Positions 1 through 12,543 of a DNA stretch of 64,000 bases are shown in pieces. How positions within the stretch are numbered: the first letter of the stretch is position 1; each line of letters opens with the position of its first letter. The stretch covers positions 1 through 64,000 of the forward strand of contig QPMI01000188.1 in assembly GCA_004431415.1 (NCBI GenBank). The letters run 5' to 3'. The position numbers and the translations under genes are program-made. Source of the DNA: Cyanophora paradoxa CCMP329 (taxonomy: Eukaryota; Plantae; Glaucophyta). The notes beneath the pieces are model-generated. The model saw only the letters and a program-made list of their open reading frames with translations, was not told the origin of the DNA and did no database searches.

Positions 1-3000
1 AAACCTTCGAATTCGGATTCGATTCCGGCTCTTACTTCGGCGCGGGCGCGCCGCAGGCCCTCGCCGCCGCAGGGCTGGACCTAGGCCTGGCCGAGCTGGA
101 GTTTGCGGCCCCCAAAGCCCCTGCGGATGCGGCTGCGCGGAGGGCGGCGGCAGAGATGCCGCCCGCCCCAACCCCGCGGATCCCCATCTGCCTCGCCGCG
201 GGCGCGGCCACGCGGCGCCGTGCGGCCCTGCGCGAGCTGGGGGCCCGCTGGACGGGTACCGCGACGGGGCGGGGCGCCGCTCCCTCCCCGCTGCACGCCG
301 CCGCCGCCGCGGGGCACGCCGAACGTCGCTCGCCTCCTTCTCGACCTCGGCGCTGACATCGAGGTGCCCGCCCCCCCCCCCACCCCGCCCCCCCCCCGCC
401 ACGCATCGCCGTGCATGTACGCATGTACCCCGCCCTACCCCCCCGCCCCGCAGGCGCTGGACGGCGGGCCGGAACCCCCTGCTGGCGGCGGCCCAGGCGG
501 GGCACGTGGAGGCGTTCCTCGCGCTGGCGGAGCGCGGCGCGGCGCTGCCGGCGCCGCCCTGCTCGACCTCCCCTGCGCCGCCCTTCTCTCCCACGAGCGC
601 GCCGTACGGTGCGCCGCGGGCCGCGCGCCGCGCGCCGCGCCGCGCGCGCCGCCGCCTCAGAGCCGCCGCTCAGGTTCTTGGAGGGAAGGGCCTGCCCGCC
701 GCCCGCCGCGCGGCCAAGCTCCCCTGGCGAGACGCCCAGCGCCCCTCGTGCTGGCCGCCGCGAGGGGCGACGTCGACTCCGTCCGGTGCGGGCGTACCCC
801 CCTTGGAATTCGTCTACCGCCCTTCCTCAATTGCAAACGGTCCGCAGGTACCTCCTGGGTGCGGCGCAGGGCCGACGCGGACGGCGACACGCGGGCGCCG
901 CTCTTCTCCGCCGCCGCCGGCGGCCACGTCGCCGCCACGCGGCGCTGCTCGAGGCCGGCGCGCGACTGGACGCGCCCTGCGCCGCCCGCGTCCCGCTGCG
1001 CCGCGCCGCCCCGCGCCTGTCGATCCGTACTTCAAGGCCTTCGGCTCGACCCCGAGGAGGTCGACTGGGAGGGGCTCGCGGCCGGGAAGGGCGGCGAATC
1101 CAGGGAGGCCGCGCGGGGCGAGCCCTCGGATTCCCCCTTCTTCGAACTCGATCCGAGGGCCCCACAGGTGGCGGTGCGGGCGCTGGAGGCGGCGGCGGCG
1201 GCCGGCAGCGTCGAGACGGTCGCCCTCCTCCTCGCCAGGTGCGGGGGGCGGGGCTAGATCTAGAACGTTAAAGATAACGGGAACCGGGCCGGCGGCGCGG
1301 CGGCTGACGGCGCGCGCGCCAGGGATGCGACGGGGCGGACCTCCAGGTGAGCTTCGATTTCCCGAACCCGAAAAGCGCCTCCCGCCGGATCCGAGCCGGC
1401 GCCGCAGGGCCGCTCGCGCAGTTCTCGGCGCTGCAGTACGCGGCGCTGGAGGGGCGCGCCCCCGTCGTCGCCCTGCTCCTCGAGCGCTGCCCGTCGCCCC
1501 CCGAGGCCCGCCGCGGCGCCCTCGCCAGCCCCTCGAGATCGCCGCCGCCGCCGCCACGCGCCGTCCTGGTACCCCCTCCCCTTCCCCCCTTCCTTCCTCC
1601 CCCCTCCTCCCCCCTCCTCCCCCCTCACCCCCCTCCTCCCCCCCCCCCCCCCCCCCCCTCGTCCCTTGTGCCTTGTCCTCACGTTTGCACGCGCCCCCTC
1701 CCCCTGCAGGAAATGCTGCTGGAGCGCTGCCCCGCGCCGCCCGCCGGCCTTTTGGACGTCTGCCTCGCCCTCGCCGCCCGCGCCGGCGCCGCCGACTGCC
1801 TCCGGTCCGCCCGCGCGCCCCGCCTCGGCCCGGCCCCGGCCCCGGTCCGCGCATTCCAACGTGAGCCTGCGCAGGCTGCTGCTCGCGAGGGGCGCGCCCG
1901 CCTCCGCGATGGTCGGCGACGTCGAAGTGTCCGACTCCGGCAAGCGCGAGACGGTACTCCTCATGGTAGGTTGATTCCCCGCGCTCCGGATCCCTGCCGC
2001 ACCGCCGGCCGAGGCGAAGCCGACGGGTCGCGATCGCAGACTCCCCTCGTGGCGGCGTGCGCGTGGGGCCACTACGAATGCGCGGCGCTGCTGCTCGAGG
2101 CGGGCGCCAAGGCCGACGAGCGGCTTCGCGGTTCTGGGTGGAGGCCGCGCTCGACCCGCCCTTCGCCCTCGCCGCCTCCTGGACGCCCAGCCCCAGCTGG
2201 AGAGCAGGTGGCCGAGACCCGGGGGTGCTCTCGGCCCTCGAGCTGGCGGCGGCGGCGGGCTCCGCCCCCTCGTCCGCCTCCTCGCGCGGCACGGCGCGCC
2301 GGTGGAGCGGCCGCGGGGAAGGGGCGCAGCCCAGGTCAGCTCGGCCCTCGGGCTGGCGGCCTCCCGCGGGCACGTCGCCGCGGCCCGCGCGCTCCTGGCG
2401 CTTGGCGCCGACCCCGCCAACCCCAGCGCGGTGGCGTGGCCTCTGTCGAAGGGCAGCCAGTACGAGAAGTGCCGCTCGCCGCTGCAGGCCGCCGCGCTCC
2501 GCCGCAGCCTGCCCACCCTGCGGGCCCTCCTCGCCAGGCTGCCCTCCGGATCCCTCCCGCCGCCCGACCCGCGCGCCCTCCAAAGACTGTCGGACCAGCA
2601 GAGCTGCCTTTACCAGGTCCTGGACTCGCCGGTGGGGCGGGCGTCGCAGGCCCCGGCCCTCGTGGCCGCCGCGGCGCGGCTGCTGCTGGCCGCGGGGGCG
2701 GACGCCTTCGCGGAGGACAACGCCACGCGGCGCGGCGTCGACCAGAGCGCCCGCACGAGCTGCCTCGCCAAGGCAGTCACCCGCGGCGCCGAGGGCGTCG
2801 AATTCCTGCGGTGCGTTCATGATCAGCTTTGATTTTGGTGCCGCGCACCTTCAGCTTTCGCCCTGAACCGCGCCCTTGTTCCAGGGCGCTCAAAGAGACG
2901 GGCATTCCATTGCCGCGGACCGCCCACGCCACCGCCGCCGTCGCCGTCGCCGTCCTCCTCCGCTCCCCCGCCTTCGTCAGGTGCTGAGCTTAAGCTTGAG

Positions 3001-6000
3001 CCCGGTGCCGGCCCCGTCTTGTATACGCAGCTGAGCCGCCGACGTTTGCAGGCTCGCCCTGGAACTCGGCGTCTGCCCCTCCTACGTCCCCTTGAACCTG
3101 GGCCCGGCGGAGCGCCCGGAGGAGTGGCCGCCCCTCTTCGCGGCCGCCATGTGCCTCCGGCGCGGCCACCATGAGCCGCGGCCCGACTCGTGCGCGCCGG
3201 CCGCGCCCGTGGCCCCTGCAGTCGCAGCCATACCCTTTCGAGCGGCCGCTGCAGGGGGGAGCCCCCCGACGAAGAGATGGTCGCCTAGTGCGTGCCTGTG
3301 GGGCCCCTTCAAGCTTGAGGCTGACTTGAGGACCGACGCAGCACGCTGGAGATGGCGCGCCTGCTGCTGGACGCCGGGGCGCCGCCCGACGAGGACCCGG
3401 CCGTGGGGAACGTCTGGACGCTGGCCGGCTACCTCCTCGAGCGCGTGCCGTCCTCGGACGCGTGGGGCAGCGCCGTGCACGCGAGGCTGCACGAGTGGAC
3501 GGTGGACCGCGGGCAAGAGGACCCGGAGGGCCGGCCCCGGACGGCCCTGCAGGCGGCCCTCGAGTCGCCGCTGGGCCTGCCCCTCGCCGAGCTCCTCCTC
3601 GCGCGGGGCGCCGCGCTCGACGCCGCGCCCTCCGCGCCGCCGTCCGCTCCCGCAGCGAGCCGCTCCTCCGCGCCGTCTTCGCGCGCGCCTCGCCCGAGGC
3701 GGTGCGGCGCCGGCGCCGGCGGCTCTCAAATTTAAAGCTTCGAATTCCCCCCGCCCTTTCATTTGCCTCACGCGCACGCACGCTCTCGAAAGATGGCCGA
3801 GTTCGTCACCGGGGTTCCCGAGCTCGCCCTGCGGCTGGTCACGAAGACGAACCGGGGCGCGGACCCCAGCCCGCTGCCCATGCTGAAGGCAAGCGCGGTT
3901 CTCACGTCGATTCCCGCTCTAGATCCGGTCCGAACCGGCGCGACCTCGCTCAGATCCTCTGGGAATTCGCCGGGGACGCCCTCTTGGGGCACGGCCGGCC
4001 CCTCTACCAGGTAGACGCCCCGGCCCGGTCCGATTTTCTGTTTATGAATGCATTCGTATGAAACTGGGCGCAGGTGGCGCATACGTCGAACTGGGAGTTC
4101 ATGCGGACGCAGGGGACGGGCTGGGACAACGGGATCCAGGAGTTCATGAACAACCGTGACGTCATCTGGCGCGCCGCTCTCGACCCTCGAGGCCGGCCGT
4201 TAGTAACTGACACGATCGCGATCGCGATCGCGAAGGTGGCTGCTGGAGAAGGAGGTCGAGGCCTGCGCGCGGCGCGGGGGGCCGCCCCCCCTCGCGGGCG
4301 GCCGGGAGCGCGCCGAGCGCGCCAAAGCGTGCGCCCCTCGCCCCTATGATCCCGCCCCCGCGGCGGCGCCCGCCCACTGGCGCGCCGCAGGATCACCGAG
4401 GCGATCAACTTCCAGATCATCGAGGGGCTCTCTCTGCGGAGGACGGACGTCAGAACGGCCCCGACCCTGCCCCCGTTCCTCCGGCGCGCCCGCCCGCCCC
4501 GTCTAAATCATGCCAGATCTAGAGCCCCCGCTCGAATCGAAGCCATGCGAACTGTTGAACCGCCTGCGGCCGCCCGCCCGCAGGATGGGGCTGGACCTCG
4601 CCCTAAGCGAGGGCGTACCCGTCGAGGAGCGCCTCGACCCGCACATCGCCCAAGTCACCATCCCCGCCGTCCGTCCCGCCTTCAATTTTAAATTAGATAA
4701 GGGCCGGCTCGCGCTCGCTCACGCGCGCGCGCGCGCCTCCGCAGGCGGCGGAGGCGCTGTGGCGGGCGTACCGGCGGGTGGAGGAGGCGCGCGAGAAGGG
4801 AGGGGCGGATGTGGACCCCAAGGACGAGTCGCTCGCCCTCCGCGAGGCGCGCTCCTCCGCTCTCCCTGTTTGCCTCGCTCTCACTTCCGGCCCCGCGCAG
4901 GCGTGCCGCCTGGGCTTCCGCCTGACGGCCCTCCGCCTCGCGCGCGCCGCCCCCGCCCCCGCCCTCGAGTCCGCCCCGCCGCCCTGGCGCCCCCGGGTCC
5001 CCGCTCAACCCGGCCCAGCGAGGCGGACGGGGAGGGGCGCACCCCGCTCCACCACGCCGTCGCCTTCGGGCCCGAGATGCTCGACGTCTGCACGGCCCTC
5101 ATCGCCAGGGGTACGCAAACGCGCCGCCCTCGCGCCTCGCTTGCACATTCGATTTCGAATCGATTCCGATGCGCATGCGCAGGGGCCGACGCGGGCCGCG
5201 GGGTGGGCGAGGGCGCCGACCGTCAGACCGTCCTGCAGGTCGCGCCTCCTGCGTTCCCGTGTACCCCCCGCGATTTCGAATTCCTGTACCCAGGCCCACC
5301 GCGACGTGGCATTTCTCGCGGTCCTCAAGCGCGCGTCGCGCCTCTGCGACGTCTACATCTGGTACCCTGTACCCCCCCGGCCCCCGTGCTCCCTAGGCCT
5401 GTACCCCTCCCTGAGCGCGCGCGGGCAGCTGCGGGGATGGTGAGGGCGAGGCGGCCTTCGCGGCGCGCCTGCGGGAGGGCCTGGAGGCGGCCCACGTGAC
5501 GGCGCGTGTTCCTCTAGCTTTCTTCTATTAGGCCTTTAGTTTCTTCTATTAAATTAGGCCTATTAGGCCTTCTATTACGCCTTTTGACGTCGGGCTTTGG
5601 GCCGCGCCGGGGCGCAGTGCCTCGCACGGGAGGACGAGGAGGCGCCGGCGGGCGCCGAGGGGGCACCCGCCTCGGTCAGCCCAGACCTTCGCCCCCCCCC
5701 CCGCCCCTCCAGCTCCGAGTCCCCTCTAACCCGTCCCTATTTTTAGCCGCTCGACTTCCTGAAGCGAGCGAGCGCGGTGGTCTTCGCGGTATCCCCCGCC
5801 GCCTGCTCCTCCGAGCGCTGCCGCTCGGAGCTCGCCGCCGCCCGCGCCCTCGGCAGGCGCGCCGGCCCCCCTCCCCCCTCCCCACCCGCCCCACCCGCCC
5901 TCCTCATTCCCCCCCAGGGCGGTGTTCCCGGTGTGGCGGGAGCGGTCCGAGCTCGACGATGAGATGCAGGGCTTCCTCCTCAAGCAGCAGTTCGGTGCGC

Positions 6001-7684
6001 CGCGAGATCCAGAGCCAGACCTAAACCGCCCTTCTAGACCTAGACCGCCTTTATCTTGACCTAGCCTAGTAGACCTCGACCGCCCTCATTGTCTTCGCCT
6101 CTAGGCCTGGCGTAAAAAAGCCCTTACAAATCGCTCCTCTCTCTTTCACCTAAAGCGAGATCAAAACCTGGCCAGACCTAGCCCGGCGGCCCTTCCCTTC
6201 TCTTCTCTCCGCCTCCGGGCCCCTCACAGAAGGCCCCGCGCGCAGCGGACTTCACGAGCGGGGCGCTGCTGGAGGCCGGCCTCGCCTCCTTCGCCCTCAC
6301 CGTCGCCCAGAAGGCCCGCGCGCTTTGAATTCAATTTGATCTGCTCCCCTCGATCTTTTGCTCTCGCGATTTGATTCGATTCGATTCGGGCGCAGGTCGG
6401 CGTGGCTGCGGCCGGTGGGGCCGACGACGCCGCCGCCGCCGCCTCGGCCGCCGCCGCCGCGGCGCTCTCCGCTCTCCCCGAGTCCCGGTTCGGCTCCCGC
6501 CCGGGCCCTCAACTTCGAATTTCCGCCATCTTCTTCTCCTTCGATGCCAATGTATACGTAGGTGCGACGTGGAGTCGGACGAGGGCGGCCCTTTCCTCTT
6601 CCTCTGGTGCTCCCCCGCGGTGCGCGCGCACACACAGTGCCCGTACCCCCCTACCCCTGACGTCGACGTCTCCAGGACGCGGGGGCGGCGGCGCGGGTCG
6701 TGCGCGCCCTCGCGCGCCGCCGCGTCCGATGCTGGACCGAGTGCTCGGTGCCTATATATAGCCAGCGCCCCTCTCCTGTGCCTCTAGCCGCTCGGCTCGC
6801 GCCGACCTCCCTCAGGGCTCCAACGACCCGTCCGCTGGCCCCTCCGGCTCGGACCTCGGCGCCCGCGCCGCAGTGCGCGCACGTCCCGCCCGCCGCCCCC
6901 CCCCCCCCCCCCCCCCCTCCCCCCCTCCCCCTCCCCCCTCCCCCCCCCTCCCCGCCCGCCGACGCCGCGCAGGTTCGCTGCGGGCCTTTGTACCCCTCCT
7001 CTCCCCCGCCTCCATCCGGGACCCCCTCCTCCGCGATCGCCTCCAGGTCCGCGTACCCCCCCCACCCTCCGTACCCTCGCGTACCCCCCTCCGCAGCTCG
7101 CGGAGCTCAACAAGCGGCCGATCTTGCCCCTCCTCCCCTCCGACCTCCCCGTGCGCCGGGCCGCGGTTTCGGATCCACATACCCCCCCCTCCCCTGGATC
7201 ACGTACCCCCGTGCAGACTCCCTCCGACCTGCCCCCGGAGGGCGAGCCCTTCGCGTACATCGCCGCCGGAAACGTCGCCCTCCTCGCCGTGCGCGTACCC
7301 CCCGAAACAGTCCCGTCGGGGTTCGACCCGGACCCCGCCCGCAGAATGTGCGCCGCCTCTTCGCCTCTGTGCCCGCCCTCGCGCCGGCGCCGGCCGCGGC
7401 GCCGCGGGAGGCGCCCAGCGAGCGGGGGCCGCTGGAGCGGGAGCTCGAGGATCGGCGGCGGCGGAGAGAAGAGGCGCGCCTCGAGATCGAGTCAGCGCCC
7501 GCCGCCCCTTCCAGTCTAACCGCGCCGCTCGCAGTTGGCGGCCCGCGTCCGGCAGATGGAGGCCAGCGCCTCGAGGAGGGTACCCCCCGGCCAGAGCCCC
7601 GCGGCCGGCGCCCCGAGCCCACTCGCCCGCCCCCCGCCCTCCTCCTCACCTTCCGCTGGCTCCAAAGCTTGCTCGCTCATGTAA
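1..7684 (+). CDS. Large multi-exon ankyrin-repeat protein (5' partial; may be more than one gene)
   Basis: Ankyrin motifs recur across short introns: [21 protein letters not shown] (~290-360), SALQYAALEGRAPVVALLLE (~1425-1490), TPLVAACAWGHYECAALLLEAGA (~2040-2110), SALGLAASRGHVAAARALLALGADP (~2340-2415), TALQAALES..LLLARGAALD (~3540-3620), GRTPLHHAVAFG (~5035). The frame is open from the window start. Apparent 1-bp frameshifts near 320 and 470. The 3' end is approximate. Confidence 0.7.
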
Positions 7685-7874
7685 CCCTTGGATCGTAGAT
7701 CTTCCCTAGAACGAGAAAGGAAGCAGCTCGAGTCAAAATAGACTGAATTAAAGATCACCGATCATGATTCAGCGAGTGAGCCGCTAGCGCTGATCATGAG
7801 CATGTCACGAATTCGCAAAAATAACATTAATTGCAATATATATTATTATTGCGAGAATCAGATTGAGAATCAGA

Positions 7875-10681
7875 TCAATACGAGCTGCCGACGGCGGTGC
7901 AGTGGAATTCCTTGCGGGCGCCGCCGCACGCGCAGGGGCGGAGGCCCTTGGCCCTCGCCCAGGCGCGCATATCGCCCTCGCTGCTGAAAGCGTAGCCCGT
8001 GATGCCGGGGCGGGCCCGGCTGTACACGTAGTTGTCGCGGTTCATCATCACGCAGCTCAGACCCAGGTCCTCCCCCTCGTAGAGGGCCGGGCAGCCGGCA
8101 AAGTGGTACGTGCACGAGGGCCCTGTCGCCGATACGAGCACGAAGCAAACTGACCGCTTGCCCCAGTACTGGTACACGAGCTGCGCACGCGAAACCCGTT
8201 TCGATTTAACGCATTTGATCATGAGGACGCCTGCTCGCAGAAAAGAAGTTCCTCGAATATAATGTTTCGCGCACTTTCTTCGCAGACACGTCGCGGATCA
8301 CTTCAGGGCTCGGGAGCTCGCGATTCAGATCTTGAACGCCCCCAGCTGTGATCATCGGCCCGGATCCCGAGCGGTCCCGCTCCTGCAGCTCTGCGCCGCG
8401 CGCGGCCGCGAAAAGTGATCATGACCGAATTAATTATATCGAGTTTTAGAGTTAAGCGTTTAGCGTTTAGCGTTTCGCAGTATCGAGGTTTGATCCCTAT
8501 AGCTACGTATACCGACGTCCAGCTCACAGCGCCCGGCGCGCACTGAGACCGTCGTCGGTGAAGAGCTCGAGGCAGCTGCCGTCGCGATCGCTGTACATTT
8601 TCGGGTGGTACCGGTCGTCGCGGATGTGAGCGAGCAGCGCGCGCTCGTCCGCCGCCTGCCGTTGTTCGTCCGCCGACAGACGCTGCTCATCCGCCGACAG
8701 CCGCGTGTCAAGGCTCTTCATCTCGCGCCTCAGCTCCTGGAAGTACTCCTGCGCTCTCACGATAATATGCATGATCAACAACCGCCTTGATCAAAGATAT
8801 CGATTAATTGCAAGGGGGGGTACCCCCTCCCTTGCTCCCCTGGTGAGTTGGTGCGGCGTACTTTCTGTGTTAGCAATTTTTGTAAGATGCGATTCTTTGC
8901 ATGCGCTCTCGTATAGGTGTGATCGCATCGTAGCCGCTGCGAGCGGCCGAAAAAAATGCAAGGGCGGGGCTGCGCAAACATGTCGAAGTCGCGCCTCACC
9001 TGCTATCGCTATACGCGCCGGACCACGTGCTCCTGATTGCTCTCGATGCGCTCTACAAACTTTGTCATACATGCCCGGGCTCGAGAAGCGGCGTGCGGCG
9101 CGCTAGGCCGCCTCAAGTACCTGTTGTACCGGGCGCCGAAAAAAAGCGCTCCTGAGAGTTGGAGGAGATCGTGTTGCCGTACCCGTACTTCGTTCTCCTG
9201 CGTCGTCATGGCCCTTCGCCCGGGTCCGCGGCCGACAGACGTAGTCGCAAGCGAAGTTGAGCTTTGCTCGAGCTTGCAGCCTTGCTCCGACCCGCGCGGC
9301 TGCCATCCGGGCGGCAAATGCACTCGCTGCGGGAAGCACTTCACTCGGCAGGACAACCTGTATAAGCACGTTCGCCAGTGCAGGAAGAAGGCGCCCGCGA
9401 CGCCGCGTTTCGGTGCGCGCCGCTTGGACGAGTGTGCGCCGATGGTTCTGAGTGCCCCGCGCCCGCCGTCAGCAGATTCAAGCTCGGCGATTCCGATCTC
9501 TTCAAACATGCCACACTCTTGCCAGATGGAAGGCCTAGGTGATCTCGCGCGCCGCCCGGCAATCCCAAGCTGGGCGTGCACATTCGACGACGGCTCTGAC
9601 AAGGCCGGTACGGTCGGGTGCAGATCTTGCCGGACTCCGGTTCAGGCGGACTTCAGCTCGGCGATGTCAAGCCCTTCAAGCGCAAGCACGGGCGGATCAC
9701 CACTCGCACGCCTCGGCCCGCGGCCGGGGCGCCGGACTGGATGCGTGGCTTGACCCGCGGCCGGCGCTCCGCACTAGCTGTACTACGGTAGCGGAGGTGG
9801 CGGCGTCGCAGTATTCGCAGCTGCTCCTAGTACGCCGCGCCGGGCTGCTTCCCTGCCCGCTGCTCCCAGCTGCTCCGCGCGCCCGCTGCTTCAGCAGCTG
9901 CTCCCTAGGCCTAGGCGCCCGTCGCCCCGCCCGCTGTTTCAGCTTTGTCGACTCCAGGTTCGCCCCGCCGGCGCCGCTGCTGCCGGCGCCGCGCGCGTCA
10001 CCCGGCCGACCTCGCTGGGCCCCGCGCCGGCGCCGCGGCTGTCCGGGGCGAGCTGACGCCTCGGTTCTGCGCAGGCTATGCGCAGGGCTCGGCGCCACCT
10101 GTCGCTCCGCCCGCTTTCTCGCCCGCCGCCCCGCCGGCTGCTTCAGCTTCGTCGACTCCAGGTTCGCCCCGCCGCTGGTTCGCCCCGCTGCTGCTTAGCA
10201 CCTGACCCGGCCGCCTCCGCTGGGCCCCGCCCCCACACGGCCGCTGTCCGGGCGAGCTGACGCCTCGGTTCTGCGCATGCGCAGGCTACGCGCAGGGCCC
10301 GGCGCCACCTTTCTCTCCTCGGATGCCGCTTTTCCGCCCGCCACCGCCCTCGCCTGCCCGCCCACCTGGTGCCGCCGCCCGCGTCGCCACCCCACCTACC
10401 CGCCTCGCCACCCCGCCCGCCTCGCCCAGCCGCCCGCCTTGCCTCTCTAGCTGCCCCCCCCGCCCCCTCCCCTGCGCCCCCCGCCTCCCCCCCAAGTACC
10501 CTGCAATGTGTACCAGTACCCCCCCTTGCACCTCCGCGCGCGGCCCGCACTTGCCGCACTTGCACAGGGCCGGGCGCGGTCTGCTAGTATTGCGATCGGC
10601 TGCAGCTGCGCATGTGAGCTTTCCGCGCACCTCGTACCGCTTGCGGTGCTCCGGACGGCGCGGGGGCTTATCGATATCCAT
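7875..10681 (-). CDS. Small 4-exon protein, copy 1: coiled coil plus C-terminal Ada-like His/Cys motif; intron 1 interrupted by a transposon
   Basis: Exons: MDIDKPPRRPEHRKRYE (10681-10631); EYFQELRREMKSLDTRLSADEQRLSADEQRQAADERALLAHIRD.. (~8748-8545); ELQERD..PEVIRDVSAKK (~8390-8275); LVYQYWGKRSVCF..TYHFAGCPALYEG..GLRPCACGGARKEFHCTAVGSSY* (~8180-7875). Colinear with the paralog at 11290-12158. Confidence 0.75.
9207..9415 (+). CDS. C2H2/C2HC-type zinc-finger fragment carried inside the element
   Basis: KCTRCGKHFTRQDNLYKHVRQC (C-x2-C-x3-F-x5-L-x2-H-x3-C) in ORF 9037..9753, followed by a GTGCGC donor-like site at ~9413. Confidence 0.5.
9920..10320. repeat. ~205-bp imperfect tandem duplication inside the element
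   Basis: CAGCTT.GTCGACTCCAGGTTCGCCCCGCCG...GAGCTGACGCCTCGGTTCTGCGCA..GGCGCCACCT occurs at ~9940-10100 and ~10144-10310. Confidence 0.85.
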
Positions 10682-11289
10682 TTGCAGCTGCGGCGCGCCC
10701 CGCGGCGCGAAAATCAGAACGTACGCGCGCGTGTGTGAACGCGCGTCGTTTGCATAGCGTTGCACCCGCTCAAGCTTATAATTATAAGGGCGCGGCACGT
10801 GCACTGGCCACCGGGCGCGCGGCGCGCGCGCCGATCGACTAACCCCGCGGTCGACGTCTTGCGCCCTTGACTGACGCGGCCGGGCCTCCAATCTCTCTAA
10901 GATTTTCGCCGATTCGATGCCGATTCGACTCATGATCAAGGCCGGGCCCCTAGCCTCGATGCCGATTCGACTCATGATCAAAGAATTCGGATTCCTCTAG
11001 ATCTCGATCTAGCTATATGAATTTTATCATAGTATATAAATCGATATCTGGGGAGGAATTAATTTGTTAAGGGCCAAAACCGGGCATGAATCATTGAATG
11101 CATTCCGCGCCCGCCTGACTACGCATATGCAGCTGTTTCATGTATTGAAATTAGCTTAAGCCTTTTGATCATATGCATGATCATTAACTATAAAGCCTTG
11201 AAGCGTATACGTAGCTGTAGCTATATATAGAAATAGCGCGCATGATTGCTTCACAAGCTCAAGCTTGTAATTGTAATTGTACATGTGGA

Positions 11290-12158
11290 TCAGTACGAGC
11301 TGCCGACGGCGGTGCAGTGGAATTCCTTGCGCGCGACGCCGCAGGGGCGCAGGCCCTTCGCCTTGGCCCAGGCGTGCATCTCGCCCTCGCTCCCGAAAGC
11401 GTAGCCGGCGAGGCCCGGGCGGGACCGGCTGTAGTTCACGTGGCCCAGGTCCTCCCCCTCGTAGAGGGCCGGGCAGCCGGCAAAGTGGTACGTCGCCCCC
11501 GTCGGCGTCACGAAGCACACCGACCGCTTGCCCCAGTAGTAATAGACGAGCTGCGCACCCCAGATTAAATTTCGATTTCTGAGCGACGCCGATGCAGAAA
11601 CTGAAACTAATTATAAGCCTTGCGAGCGAGGCCTAATTATATGTATAAGGAACAACATTGAATGAATCTCGAAGTCTATAAATTTGCGCGCACCTTCTTC
11701 GCGGTCAGGTCGCGAATCACGTCGTGCGGACTCGGGGGCTCGTTGAAGCTTGAGGGCCCGAAGCTGTCCCGCTGCTGCAGCTCTGCGCACGCCCCGCGAA
11801 AATTACTCGACTCGATTCCGGCAACGCGAAAAATTAAACGATTTGCAACCCCGTCCCGCGCGCGGGGCCGCGGGCGGCAGAGCGCTCACTAAGCACGTCG
11901 TCGGTGTAGAGGCAACTGTCGTCGCTGTTGGGGTGGTCGCGGATGTGCGCGAGGAGCGTCCGCAGCGCGCGCTCGTCCGCCGCCTGCCGCTGCTCGTCCG
12001 TCGCCAGTCGCTCCTCGAGGCCCTTCACCTCGCGGCGCAGCTCCTCGAAATACTCCTGCGCGCTCGGAAATTCATCCTGATGTCTCGTAGATCCGCTGCG
12101 AGCTTATGCGCACCTCGTACCGCTCGCGGTGTTCAGGGCGGCTCGGGGGCGCGTCCAT
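11290..12158 (-). CDS. Small 4-exon protein, copy 2 (apparently intact)
   Basis: MDAPPSRPEHRERYE / EYFEELRREVKGLEERLATDEQRQAADERALRTLLAHIRDHPNSDDSCLYTDDVL / ELQQRDSFGPSSFNEPPSPHDVIRDLTAKK / LVYYYWGKRSVCFVTPTGATYHFAGCPALYEG..AWAKAKGLRPCGVARKEFHCTAVGSSY*, with GT-AG introns. Confidence 0.8.
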
Positions 12159-12543
12159 CTGCGCCGCGGCCGTGAGAAGCGAAGTCAACGTTGAGTCGCA
12201 TGCAATATTAATGCGGCGGGAAATCGGCTGCACCTGCTCGAAGGCGCCGGCGCCGGGCGCGCGGTCGTCGCCGATTTCGAAGTTCTGCGCGCATGATCAT
12301 GAAAAGCCGCATCAGACCGTCGTATGCAGAATTCGGGCGCGCATTGCGCGCGCGGCCTGCAGCTGACCCCGCGGTCTTGCGCCCACATTGTGCTGCTGCT
12401 CTAGTTTCCTCGTTTTGAATTTCTTCTCCCCTTGGTTTATATCCAAGCTACAGTTCGATCTATAGATCTAGATCGTACGTGAGCTCGAGCTAGCTAGGAA
12501 TTCGCAATACAATTAATTGTAAAGTTCTCCGTACGTATAACAA

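Larger units (their letters stand above)
8808..10587 (+). mobile_element. Non-autonomous Helitron2/Helentron-like element in intron 1
   Basis: A perfect 15-bp inverted repeat, TGCAAGGGGGGGTAC (8809-8823) / GTACCCCCCCTTGCA (10516-10530). The left copy also folds onto downstream CCCCTCCCTTGC. The right copy is subterminal and is followed by a 12/13-bp GC hairpin (10534-10579) and CTAG|T at 10584-10588. No TSD. The paralogous intron is only ~55 bp. Confidence 0.65.

Noticed and set aside
300-500. Frameshifts in ankyrin exons suggesting a pseudogene
   Set aside because: Single-base slips in or near G/C runs also appear in conserved genes such as the CAPZB tail. Sequencing error is more likely and cannot be resolved without reads.
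9610-9670. CRSCRTPVQADFSSA has the spacing of the TnpB/Fanzor C-terminal CxxC....AD motif, inside a Helitron2-like element
   Set aside because: No RuvC-I or RuvC-II motifs, no adjacent first CxxC, no NAAxNI and the ORF is far too short. Likely coincidence.
8809-10530. TG...CA ends read as a solo LTR or TIR transposon
   Set aside because: No TSD (TTAAT vs CCTCC). The downstream hairpin plus CTAG fits a rolling-circle element better.
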